Positions 56,801-64,000 of a stretch of 64,000 nucleotides of DNA are shown here, in pieces (position 1 is the stretch's first letter; the number at the start of each line of letters is the position of its first letter). Origin of the DNA: an uncultured Acidobacteriota bacterium (GTDB taxonomy: Bacteria; Acidobacteriota; Thermoanaerobaculia; UBA5066; Gp7-AA6); contig CAVXTP010000006.1 in the NCBI GenBank assembly GCA_963764715.1, forward strand, positions 256,001 through 320,000. Direction: 5' to 3'. Below the pieces are notes generated by a model that searched no databases, had not been told where the DNA came from, and saw nothing but the letters and a program-made list of their open reading frames with translations. A program made the position numbers and the translations under genes.

Positions 56801-59780
56801 CGTCGGCTCGAAGCACTCGAGCCTCGTCACGATCGATCGCTCGGACGGCTCGGGCCTGTACAGCGATACGTCGGAAGCCGTGAAGACCTGGTGTGTCAAT
56901 GCGACCTTTTCGGATCTCGCTTCCGCAACCTGCAACACCGGCGGGCTAAACCCGATCACCACCGCGACTCGGGACGCCTACGGCCGCATCACGCAGGTCG
57001 CCCCGCCCGATACCGCGATCGAGCAGACGGCGAAATACGCCTACGACGTCAACTCGAAGCTGACCTGCGTCAAGCAGGGCGGCGCGATGGTGATGACGAG
57101 CTGCACGAGCAACTCCGGCGGGCAGTACCGCGCCTTCGACTACGACACCAACGGGTTCCTCCGCTCGGAGTCCACGCCGGAGCGCGGCGCCGTCACCTAC
57201 CAGACGATCGGCAGCCTTGGCAACGTGCTGCAGGAGAGTCAGCCCGGCAGCCTCACCATCACCCGCACGTTCGACTTCGCCGGCCGCATGACAAAGGCCG
57301 AGGCACCGTCCGGCTCGAAGGTCGTCGTGAACTGCTACGACGGAGGAAGCTGCGTCGACGGCAGCGCCAGCCATGGCGGCGGTACCTACCCCGGCGGCAA
57401 GCTGACGCGGCGCTACGGCTACAACTGGATCCCCCTCATCGGGCCGGTGGTCGATGAGAAGTTCACCTACAGCGACGGCGGCGGACGGCTCTCGCAGCTC
57501 GACACGACGGTGGGCAACGGCGACCTCGCGACTACGACGATCCAGTCCTGGACCTACGACACGACGAACTGTCACCTCGGCCTGATTTGCTCGGAGAGCT
57601 ACCCGCGCATCTCGGGGACTTTCCCGGTCAACTACACCTACTCCTACGGGCAGCCCACGGCGATCACCGCGGGGACGAGCCCCGTCAACCTCGTCACCTC
57701 GGCGACCTACAACCCCGCCGCGGGCCTGGCCTCCTGGGTCTCAGCCAGCAGCCCCACGGTCACGACGACGATCACACAGGACACGAGCCTTCTGCCGCGG
57801 CCCAACAAGATCGAGGCCAAACGCGGAACGACCGTCCTCTTCTCGACCGGCGCGTACACGTACGACTCGGCGGGCAACATCCTCTCCCAGGCCGACGGGA
57901 CCTACGGCGGCACCTATTCCTACGACAAGGGCTCGAGGCTGCTCTCGGCAACCTACTCCGGTACCCCCCGCACCTTCGCCTACGACGGCTACGGCAACCT
58001 CACGCAAAACGGCGCCTACACGATGGCGATGAACGCGTCCCTGAACAACCAGGTCGACAGCGTGACCATCAGCGGCGGTTCGCCGATCGCCACCGCTTAC
58101 GACCCCCGGGGCAACATGACGGGGGCCGTGGGCGAGGTGATCTTCTTCGACGCGCTCGACCGGGTCTACCGCAGCAAGAACGATCTCGTCGGCGACTACA
58201 CGTTCCTCCACAACGGCGCCGGGGAGCGGGTCCTGAAGTTCTCCTCCAAGTTCACCGTCCTGCGCCGCGAGATGGCACGCTACATCGCCGAGGCCAACAT
58301 CATCGCGCGGGGCTGGACCCTGCCTCTCTGCGACGGATCCAACCCCTCCCCCTTCACCGACGTCCCCTGCTCGGACCCCGACGCCCGCCACATCAAGCTC
58401 GCGTTCCAGCAGGCGATCACCGCCGGCTGCACCGGCTCGACCTTCTGCCCCGACACCGCCATCACCCGCGCCCAGATGGCCGTATTCATGGTGAAAGGCT
58501 ACCGCGGCGCCTCCTTCGTCCCCCAGTCCTGCCCGCCCGCGGTCAACCCGTTCACCGACTTCACTTGCTCCGGCCCCTACGCCGCGTATGCCCCATTCAT
58601 CATTCAGCTCTACAATGACCACGTGACCGGAGGCTGCGGCCTGAACACCTTCTGCCCCGGCGACCCCATCGGCGAATGGGAAACCCTCGTCTGGCTCGCC
58701 AAGGGCGGTCCCCCAAACGGCTCGGGCACCATCCCCTTCTGGCCCACCTATCACCCCGTCCCCCGCGGCTCGACCTACACCCTGCGCGACGAGGGCAACC
58801 GCGTCGTCACCGAGATCGCCGGGGGACTGTCGGGCTCGGGCACGGCCTCGCTCAACGTCGCCCGGGACAACGTCTACCTCGGCGGCCTGCTCGTCGCCTC
58901 CAGCGCCGGCGCCTGGAGCTACTCGGCCTCCGACAACCTGGGCTCGATCCGGGCCGTCTGGAACGCCTCAGGCACCAAGACCGAGGACCACCGCTACTGG
59001 CCCTACGGCGAGGATGCCATGGCCACCCTCAACCAGCACCTCAGCTTCCAGGGCATGGAAAGAAACGACGCCACCAACCAGTACTACGACCATGCTAGGA
59101 CACAGCAGTTCAATATCGGGCGGTTCCTGAGCACGGATGTAATTCGGGGCTCTGTGGACGTGCCATCAACTTGGAACCGCTATACCTTCGTCGGAAATAA
59201 CCCGCTACGACTCGTAGACCCCACCGGCCTTTATGAAGAGGACGTGCATCTCCATCTCACTGTCATGCTCGCATACGCTGCTGGGTTTCCCCTCGCAACC
59301 GCGAGAGCGATCGGCGCCGCTGACCAGGGAGTCGATGACAACCCGAACACATCACCGTTCGGGACCGCTGAGGTGCGCGAACTCTACCACTTCACGACCA
59401 GCGATCGCCGTGCGGACCTCTGGGCCCAGTATGAGGCGGACGGGTCACCACAGTCTCTGGGGGTATTCATGCACGCTGAACAAGACTCTTTCTCGCATCG
59501 AGGCTATGGCGCCGCGGTAGGTCACGCTGCTGCCGGTCACTCGCCCGACAAGACTTACAAGGACGCGAGCAAGGCTGAAGCCATGGCTCTCACGACCTAC
59601 AAGCGCATGCTAGCTGCCATTCCAAGCTTCAGGGGGAGCGCAGCGCCAAAGGTTCCGTGGCGACTCATTCGACCTTTTGTCGTGTCGTTCAATGAGGCCA
59701 AAGCCATTGACCGCAAGATGATGATATTGGAGCTGATGCGTCGGCAGATCGAAAAATCTCAACGCGGTTCTCACAACTAG
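53871..59780 (+). CDS. Sec-exported Rhs/YD-repeat polymorphic toxin with internal SLH module and C-terminal toxin domain
   Basis: GGAG-ATG at 53871, signal peptide ending ASLWA|Q, many YD repeats, SLH motifs, Rhs core (YWPYGE, GRFLSTD, PLRLVDPTGL), then a divergent lower-GC tip. Confidence 0.93.
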   Translation: MKKARAIRRTSARGKWSARRRIPLTPVVLLLATLRIALPASLWAQNGPDNDADVAAGLTNSVFETSPIDSINLYNGQLTVPIPIGPSYPIGPKLRMQLALSYTSRVDDYGRPATQSPDFFYKPLVGNPSLPIGWELTLGAIKDCKHGGASGKCLFSPDGSQHMFNKTQGNGKVTGDGSQYFLKGSGPYDMWDGDGNHYFFNWQVTGYDDSLTNYTHDFGIGRNGWYLSSVTDPFGNSYSVSYYSSISTPNWTPTSNGCGTAWPMQNPTQTNTWILKDITLPSASTIHVVQGNVNGVNGMITSVQFPELVGGASVTKTWTLANNATPQPYSRTCTSPSAIVVPLQVLQQLQLPSDLVGAPKYEFTYASNGLLSKVKLPTLGEISYCWSGFAFYHGRAGKNEPGCGNLALSDNDSILVTPPACTGLEPEPSPEPEIPGGCSGSNETQWTDGVTAIRRRTETVGGASYATEFTQYAFPRGEAGSKVTPLEPQTLTVVRYPPTDKTGSNDRTRAKAVLFKCSPEIYSTPNGPRTRPSVPGDRVGAPLEVRYFEDDPNQTTGLLDDTVAMCPGTGVDKPFCGSKAVRVAKLDYEYDDAGHQEGNRRLDFSKTIYGAATCAGCPYHQIDLSLGVGETWEGNGRHYGIEAHSGTLGGDARTIVTDWAQVNWVSGPPADGVVLPNIVNQRTTTQGTSVRDEYFDFDTASTPPTDFLKGTFLYDAAKDIALINCRYDDGNGSADKEFTRTLSTTSIPSRTYCSDNYSTFPTVGNDGDFFGKDYTWQHGELLNARWINGTVGSSTFKVEDYARDATTGWITSSTDTAGRTTLFKYDSMGRATEADPPATNEFTTFTCYEGPNETTVYRASAAIACPVAASGSATTWQHTTYDGLGRVIREQRKVSGVPTTNLSKRFFQFDGRGNQTFQSEWLACTSSPCQTNDEALTLDLDTACVFSGGNQSARKRSSTAPGTWSACWDPFGRPQQVVGSKHSSLVTIDRSDGSGLYSDTSEAVKTWCVNATFSDLASATCNTGGLNPITTATRDAYGRITQVAPPDTAIEQTAKYAYDVNSKLTCVKQGGAMVMTSCTSNSGGQYRAFDYDTNGFLRSESTPERGAVTYQTIGSLGNVLQESQPGSLTITRTFDFAGRMTKAEAPSGSKVVVNCYDGGSCVDGSASHGGGTYPGGKLTRRYGYNWIPLIGPVVDEKFTYSDGGGRLSQLDTTVGNGDLATTTIQSWTYDTTNCHLGLICSESYPRISGTFPVNYTYSYGQPTAITAGTSPVNLVTSATYNPAAGLASWVSASSPTVTTTITQDTSLLPRPNKIEAKRGTTVLFSTGAYTYDSAGNILSQADGTYGGTYSYDKGSRLLSATYSGTPRTFAYDGYGNLTQNGAYTMAMNASLNNQVDSVTISGGSPIATAYDPRGNMTGAVGEVIFFDALDRVYRSKNDLVGDYTFLHNGAGERVLKFSSKFTVLRREMARYIAEANIIARGWTLPLCDGSNPSPFTDVPCSDPDARHIKLAFQQAITAGCTGSTFCPDTAITRAQMAVFMVKGYRGASFVPQSCPPAVNPFTDFTCSGPYAAYAPFIIQLYNDHVTGGCGLNTFCPGDPIGEWETLVWLAKGGPPNGSGTIPFWPTYHPVPRGSTYTLRDEGNRVVTEIAGGLSGSGTASLNVARDNVYLGGLLVASSAGAWSYSASDNLGSIRAVWNASGTKTEDHRYWPYGEDAMATLNQHLSFQGMERNDATNQYYDHARTQQFNIGRFLSTDVIRGSVDVPSTWNRYTFVGNNPLRLVDPTGLYEEDVHLHLTVMLAYAAGFPLATARAIGAADQGVDDNPNTSPFGTAEVRELYHFTTSDRRADLWAQYEADGSPQSLGVFMHAEQDSFSHRGYGAAVGHAAAGHSPDKTYKDASKAEAMALTTYKRMLAAIPSFRGSAAPKVPWRLIRPFVVSFNEAKAIDRKMMILELMRRQIEKSQRGSHN
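58255..58745 (+). other. SLH module inserted within the Rhs repeats
   Basis: VLRREMARYI; PFTDVPCSDP...ITAGCTGSTFCPDTAITRAQMAVFMVKG; PFTDF...VTGGCGLNTFCPGDPIGEWETLVWLAKG. Confidence 0.8.
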
Positions 59781-59802
59781 ACGTATTGTTTGGGAGGCGG
59801 TC

Positions 59803-60159
59803 ATGCAGAGTCGCTCCAGTGCAACTGGACCCCTGATTTGGGTAACCGCAGCAGTCGTGCTGACCGTCGGCCTAGGGCTCATAGCCTGGCGCCTAGCGGG
59901 AGCAGGACACGGCACATACATTCCAGCGTTGGTCTGCTTTCCGTTTGCAATGCTTATCGCCGCCGTCGTTGGCCATATTGGAATTGTGCCGCTGCTAGTG
60001 GCGGTCCTTCAGTACCCGCTCTACGCGGTCTTCGTATCAACTCAGTCAGCACTCGGCAAACAGACCAAAGGGCGATTGAAGACCGTTGTCGTATGTCACG
60101 GTCTCGCGGTCCTAGTGGCTGTAGCGGTTGCGGCTGTGACACGAACGTTTTGGAGCTGA
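59803..60159 (+). CDS. Putative immunity protein for toxin tip 1 (small membrane protein)
   Basis: Directly downstream of the Rhs gene, GGAGG RBS, 3-4 hydrophobic helices, lower GC. Confidence 0.7.
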   Translation: MQSRSSATGPLIWVTAAVVLTVGLGLIAWRLAGAGHGTYIPALVCFPFAMLIAAVVGHIGIVPLLVAVLQYPLYAVFVSTQSALGKQTKGRLKTVVVCHGLAVLVAVAVAAVTRTFWS

Positions 60160-60221
60160 GTTGTATTGGTGGGACCACTGGAGTCAGTCGTCTCATGTTT
60201 GATGTCAGCGGGAGGCCCATG

Positions 60222-60283
60222 GAGCTTATGGAGCCAATCGTGTAACCCTAGATTGCCAGCAGTGTCGGTGAGCGCGGCAACCT
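60222..60283. repeat. 62-bp cassette junction element, copy A
   Basis: 51/62 ungapped identity with 60700-60761; precedes an Rhs fragment. Confidence 0.8.
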
Positions 60284-60284
60284 C

Positions 60285-60432
60285 ATGGCGACGACGACGC
60301 AGTCCTGGACCTACGATTCGACGAACTGCCACCTCGGCCTGATTTGCTCGGAGAGTTACCCGCGCATCTCCGGGACCTTCCCGGTCAACTACACCTACTC
60401 CTTCGGGCTGCCCACGGCGATCACCGCGGGGC
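60285..60432 (+). pseudogene. Truncated Rhs fragment (remnant orphan cassette)
   Basis: TTTQSWTYDSTNCHLGLICSESYPRISGTFPVNYTYS..PTAITAG copies 57535-57675, then similarity stops. Confidence 0.8.
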
Positions 60433-60699
60433 GTTGTGGGGTCAACGGTGAAATCCTGTATTGGCTGCGGAGTCGACAGGACCTCGAGCCTAGTGGTAAG
60501 GCGGCCTAACGCGAAGCGCCTCAAGCTGATCGTCCAACAGGAAATGACCGCCACCGCACTGGTTCGGTCTTCCGTCGCGGCACCGGCATCACCCGCGCCC
60601 AGCTGGCCGTGTTTCGGAGCCAACGACCCACGGCTCGATCCGAATGTCGATGTCCTAGCATCGGTGTCGGCGACTAGGGTTCGAATTCGCTTCCGACGT

Positions 60700-60761
60700 G
60701 AGCTTCTGGGGTCGATCGTGTAATCCTGTGTTGCCAGCGGAGTCGGTGAGCGCGGCGACCT
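60700..60761. repeat. 62-bp cassette junction element, copy B
   Basis: Matches copy A; precedes the long orphan module. Confidence 0.8.
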
Positions 60762-63039
60762 GACGACGACGCAGTCCTGGACCTACGACACGACGAACTG
60801 TCACCTCGGCCTGATTTGCTCGGAGAGCTACCCGCGCATCTCGGGGACCTTCCCGGTCAACTACACCTACTCCTACGGGCAGCCCACGGCGATCACCGCG
60901 GGGACGAGCCCGGTCAACCTCGTCACCTCGGCGGCCTACAACCCCGCCGGCGGCCTGGCCTCCTGGGTCTCGGCCAGCAGCCCCACGGTCACGACGACGA
61001 TCACACAGGACACGAGCCTTCTACCCCGGCCCAACAAGATCGAGGCCAAACGTGGAACGACCGTCCTCTTCTCGACCGGCGCGTACACGTACGACTCGGC
61101 GGGCAACATCCTCTCCCAGGCCGACGGGACCTACGGCGGCACCTATACCTACGACAAGGGCTCGAGGCTGCTCTCGGCAACCTACTCCGGTACCCCCCGC
61201 ACCTTCGCCTACGACGGCTACGGCAACCTCACGCAAAACGGCGCCTACACGATGGCGATGAACGCGTCCCTGAACAACCAGGTCGATAGCGTGACCATCA
61301 GCGGCGGTTCGCCGATCGCCACCGCTTACGACCCCCGGGGCAACATGACGGGGGCCGTGGGCGAGGTGATCTTCTTCGACGCGCTCGACCGGGTCTACCG
61401 CAGCAAGAACGATCTCGTCGGCGACTACACGTTCCTCCACAACGGCGCCGGGGAGCGGGTCCTGAAGTTCTCCTCCAAGTTCACCGTCCTGCGCCGCGAG
61501 ATGGCACGCTACATCGCCGAGGCCAACATCATCGCGCGGGGCTGGACCCTGCCTCTCTGCGACGGATTCAACCCTTCCCCCTTCACCGACGTCCCCTGCT
61601 CGGACCCCGACGCCCGCCACATCAAGCTCGCGTTCCAGCAGGCGATCACCGCCGGCTGCACCGGCTCGACCTTCTGCCCCGACACCGCCATCACCCGCGC
61701 CCAGATGGCCGTATTCATGGTGAAAGGCTACCGCGGCGCCTCCTTCGTCCCCCAGTCCTGCCCGCCCGCGGTCAACCCGTTCACCGACTTCACTTGCTCC
61801 GGCCCCTACGCCGCGTATGCCCCGTTCATCATTCAGCTCTACAATGACCACGTGACCGGAGGCTGCGGCCTGAACACCTTCTGCCCCGGCGACCCCATCG
61901 GCGAATGGGAAACCCTCGTCTGGCTCGCCAAGGGCGGTCCCCCAAACGGCTCGGGCACCATCCCCTTCTGGCCCACCTATCACCCCGTCCCCCGCGGCTC
62001 GACCTACACCCTGCGCGACGAGGGCAACCGCGTCGTCACCGAGATCGCCGGGGGCCTCTCGGGATCAGGCACGGCGAGCCTGGCCGTCGCCCGGGACAAC
62101 GTCTATCTCGGCGGCCTGCTCGTCGCCTCCAGCGCCGGCGCCTGGAGCTACTCGGCCTCCGATCACCTCGGCTCGATCCGCGCCGTCTGGAACGCCTCGG
62201 GCACCAAGACCGAGGACCACCGCTACTGGCCCTACGGCGAGGATGCCATGGCCACCCTCAACCAGCACCTCAGCTTCCAGGGCATGGAAAGAAACGACGC
62301 CACCCACCAGTACTACGACCATGCACGGACGCAGCAGTTCAATATCGGGAGGTTCTTGAGCACGGATCAGCTTCGAGGCACGCCTTCCAACCCTGCCACG
62401 TGGAACCTCTACACGTTTGCCCTTAACAATCCGGCGCGACTCACGGATCCCACCGGTCTGGACGCCGACAATCCCAGTGGCCACTCAAGCATTCTGGATC
62501 GAGTCTTCTCCTGGGTGTCCCGCACGTTCAAGAACATCTTCCCCGCGCCGAAGGCAGACCCAGCGGACCCCAACCTGCAGGCGATGAATGACGACTCCGT
62601 TGGCAATACGCCCGCTCAAGCTGAACGTATGGCCAATCCCAAGGGCGCAGCTCAACAGGGCGTCGCGGAAGGAGGCGCCACGATCACCGCCGCTGCGGCG
62701 ACCGCGGCGACAATCATCATCATTGATCGGGGAACCGGCAAAGTAATAGAGATTGTCGCCGATACGGCAGCGGACGCAGCGGCCGCGGTTCGGCTCGCAA
62801 AATCCCTTGCCAGCGAGTCGCAGATGGCAGAACGAGGAAGCGTAATCGCGGGCGCGGGCGGGCGCAGGATTCTAGGTGACTCGGAGAGACTCGCGGAGAG
62901 TTATGGTGGCGCAGCTGCTGACTGGGCCAAAATGCGGAGTAGTTCCTTTACCGCAGCGGACGGCGTGAAGTTCGAGACACACTGGTACCAGAACGTGAAG
63001 ACTGGACAACAGGTCGAATTCAAGACAAAGTTCCAATAG
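60760..63039 (+). CDS. Orphan Rhs module (C-terminal Rhs repeats + SLH + core) carrying an alternative toxin tip
   Basis: About 1.6 kb near-identical to 57545-59135, then diverges just before DPTGL; no signal peptide; frame open from 60724. Confidence 0.88.
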   Translation: MTTTQSWTYDTTNCHLGLICSESYPRISGTFPVNYTYSYGQPTAITAGTSPVNLVTSAAYNPAGGLASWVSASSPTVTTTITQDTSLLPRPNKIEAKRGTTVLFSTGAYTYDSAGNILSQADGTYGGTYTYDKGSRLLSATYSGTPRTFAYDGYGNLTQNGAYTMAMNASLNNQVDSVTISGGSPIATAYDPRGNMTGAVGEVIFFDALDRVYRSKNDLVGDYTFLHNGAGERVLKFSSKFTVLRREMARYIAEANIIARGWTLPLCDGFNPSPFTDVPCSDPDARHIKLAFQQAITAGCTGSTFCPDTAITRAQMAVFMVKGYRGASFVPQSCPPAVNPFTDFTCSGPYAAYAPFIIQLYNDHVTGGCGLNTFCPGDPIGEWETLVWLAKGGPPNGSGTIPFWPTYHPVPRGSTYTLRDEGNRVVTEIAGGLSGSGTASLAVARDNVYLGGLLVASSAGAWSYSASDHLGSIRAVWNASGTKTEDHRYWPYGEDAMATLNQHLSFQGMERNDATHQYYDHARTQQFNIGRFLSTDQLRGTPSNPATWNLYTFALNNPARLTDPTGLDADNPSGHSSILDRVFSWVSRTFKNIFPAPKADPADPNLQAMNDDSVGNTPAQAERMANPKGAAQQGVAEGGATITAAAATAATIIIIDRGTGKVIEIVADTAADAAAAVRLAKSLASESQMAERGSVIAGAGGRRILGDSERLAESYGGAAADWAKMRSSSFTAADGVKFETHWYQNVKTGQQVEFKTKFQ

Positions 63040-63041
63040 CA

Positions 63042-63461
63042 ATGAGAGCACTCTGTCGAGCCACAGTCGTCACCGAGCTGCAGGAACTGAGCCTGGGGCC
63101 ATACTTTGTTCGGCAGGACTTCCACGTATCTGCGGGCAAGGAATATTTGGTCTTAGGCATTTTCGGGAGTTCAGGTGAATCCCCCTATGGAAACGGAATT
63201 CACGTGCTGGTCGTCAGTGATTACGGTCACCCTACTTGGGTGCCGCTCGCACTCTTCAGCATCACCGACAATCGAGCCTCGCGTTACTGGATCGCGATTC
63301 CGACGGAGAAGGGCGGGCTGGAACTATCGCACCCCTCGTTCGAACCAGCCAGTTTCTTTGACGACCTCTCCGAAGGGAGGGCCGAGGCCAAGGCTTCGTT
63401 TGAGTTTGCATTGCGGCAACTTGAGGCTGAGTTTCTCCAGGCGAACGCAAGCATCCAGTAA
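63042..63461 (+). CDS. Putative immunity protein for toxin tip 2
   Basis: Starts 2 nt after the toxin stop; acidic, soluble, lower GC (GKEYLVLGI...WVPLALFSITDNRASRYW...FFDDLSEG). Confidence 0.75.
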   Translation: MRALCRATVVTELQELSLGPYFVRQDFHVSAGKEYLVLGIFGSSGESPYGNGIHVLVVSDYGHPTWVPLALFSITDNRASRYWIAIPTEKGGLELSHPSFEPASFFDDLSEGRAEAKASFEFALRQLEAEFLQANASIQ

Positions 63462-64000
63462 ACGCCATCACTCGCGCCCAGATGGCCGTCTTCATGGTCA
63501 AGGGTTATCGCGGCGCCTCCTTCGTCCCCCAGTCCTGCCCGCCCGCGGTCAACCCGTTCACCGACTTCACTTGCTCCGGCCCTACGCCGCGTATGCCCCG
63601 TTCATCATTCAGCTCTACAATGACCACGTGACCGGAGGCTGCGGCCTGAACACCTTCTGCCCCGGCGACCCCATCGGCGAATGGGAAACCCTCGTCTGGC
63701 TCGCCAAGGGCGGTCCCCCAAACGGCTCGGGCACCATCCCCTTCTGGCCCACCTATCACCCCGTCCCCCGCGGCTCGACCTACACCCTGCGCGACGAGGG
63801 CAACCGCGTCGTCACCGAGATCGCCGGGGGCCTCTCGGGATCAGGCACGGCGAGCCTGGCCGTCGCCCGGGACAACGTCTATCTCGGCGGCCTGCTCGTC
63901 GCCTCCAGCGCCGGCGCCTGGAGCTACTCGGCCTCCGATCACCTCGGCTCGATCCGCGCCGTCTGGAACGCCTCGGGCACCAAGACCGAGGACCACCGCT
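63462..64000 (+). pseudogene. Third orphan Rhs module (starts at the SLH ITRAQMAVF motif; runs off the window)
   Basis: Near-identical to 61686-62224; one C missing near 63581. Confidence 0.85.

Noticed and set aside
60436-60723. 95-aa ORF as an extra immunity gene
   Set aside because: No RBS or recognisable motif; it spans an out-of-frame SLH fragment and the junction repeat, so it looks like cassette debris.
57545-64000. Repeated Rhs segments as a diversity-generating retroelement or pure assembly duplication
   Set aside because: No reverse transcriptase in the window and differences are not adenine-specific. The two complete copies carry distinct tips, immunity genes and scattered substitutions, as expected for orphan Rhs modules.

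Overview
High-GC (roughly 70% by eye) bacterial chromosome segment. The SLH-domain-rich exported proteins, Rhs type and gene content suggest Acidobacteriota (Thermoanaerobaculia-like); this is an inference. 1-20 kb is housekeeping: NtrC-type regulator, HtrA protease, TonB-C protein, rimP-nusA-infB-DUF503-rbfA-truB-rpsO-pnp, tatD, metG, a vapBC pair and radC. 20-37 kb is envelope-related: a MITE inserted in a shared CTAG stop, a WsfD-like membrane protein operon with ispA and an rsbW/rsbV pair, a class D sortase beside its LPKTG substrate, an ABC exporter and two tandem SLH/beta-propeller genes. 37-52 kb holds hydrolases and a TetR-linked cluster that probably degrades a betaine or N-methyl amino acid; many single-base frameshifts here look like sequencing errors. 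52-64 kb is the most notable part: an ECF sigma/TPR anti-sigma pair precedes a Sec-exported Rhs polymorphic toxin with an S-layer-homology (SLH) module inserted inside the Rhs repeats. It is followed by an immunity gene and an array of orphan toxin/immunity cassettes whose boundaries fall at a conserved 62-bp junction or at the SLH 'ITRAQMAVF' motif. GTAG-type REP elements are scattered through the window. No rRNA, tRNA or CRISPR array was seen.
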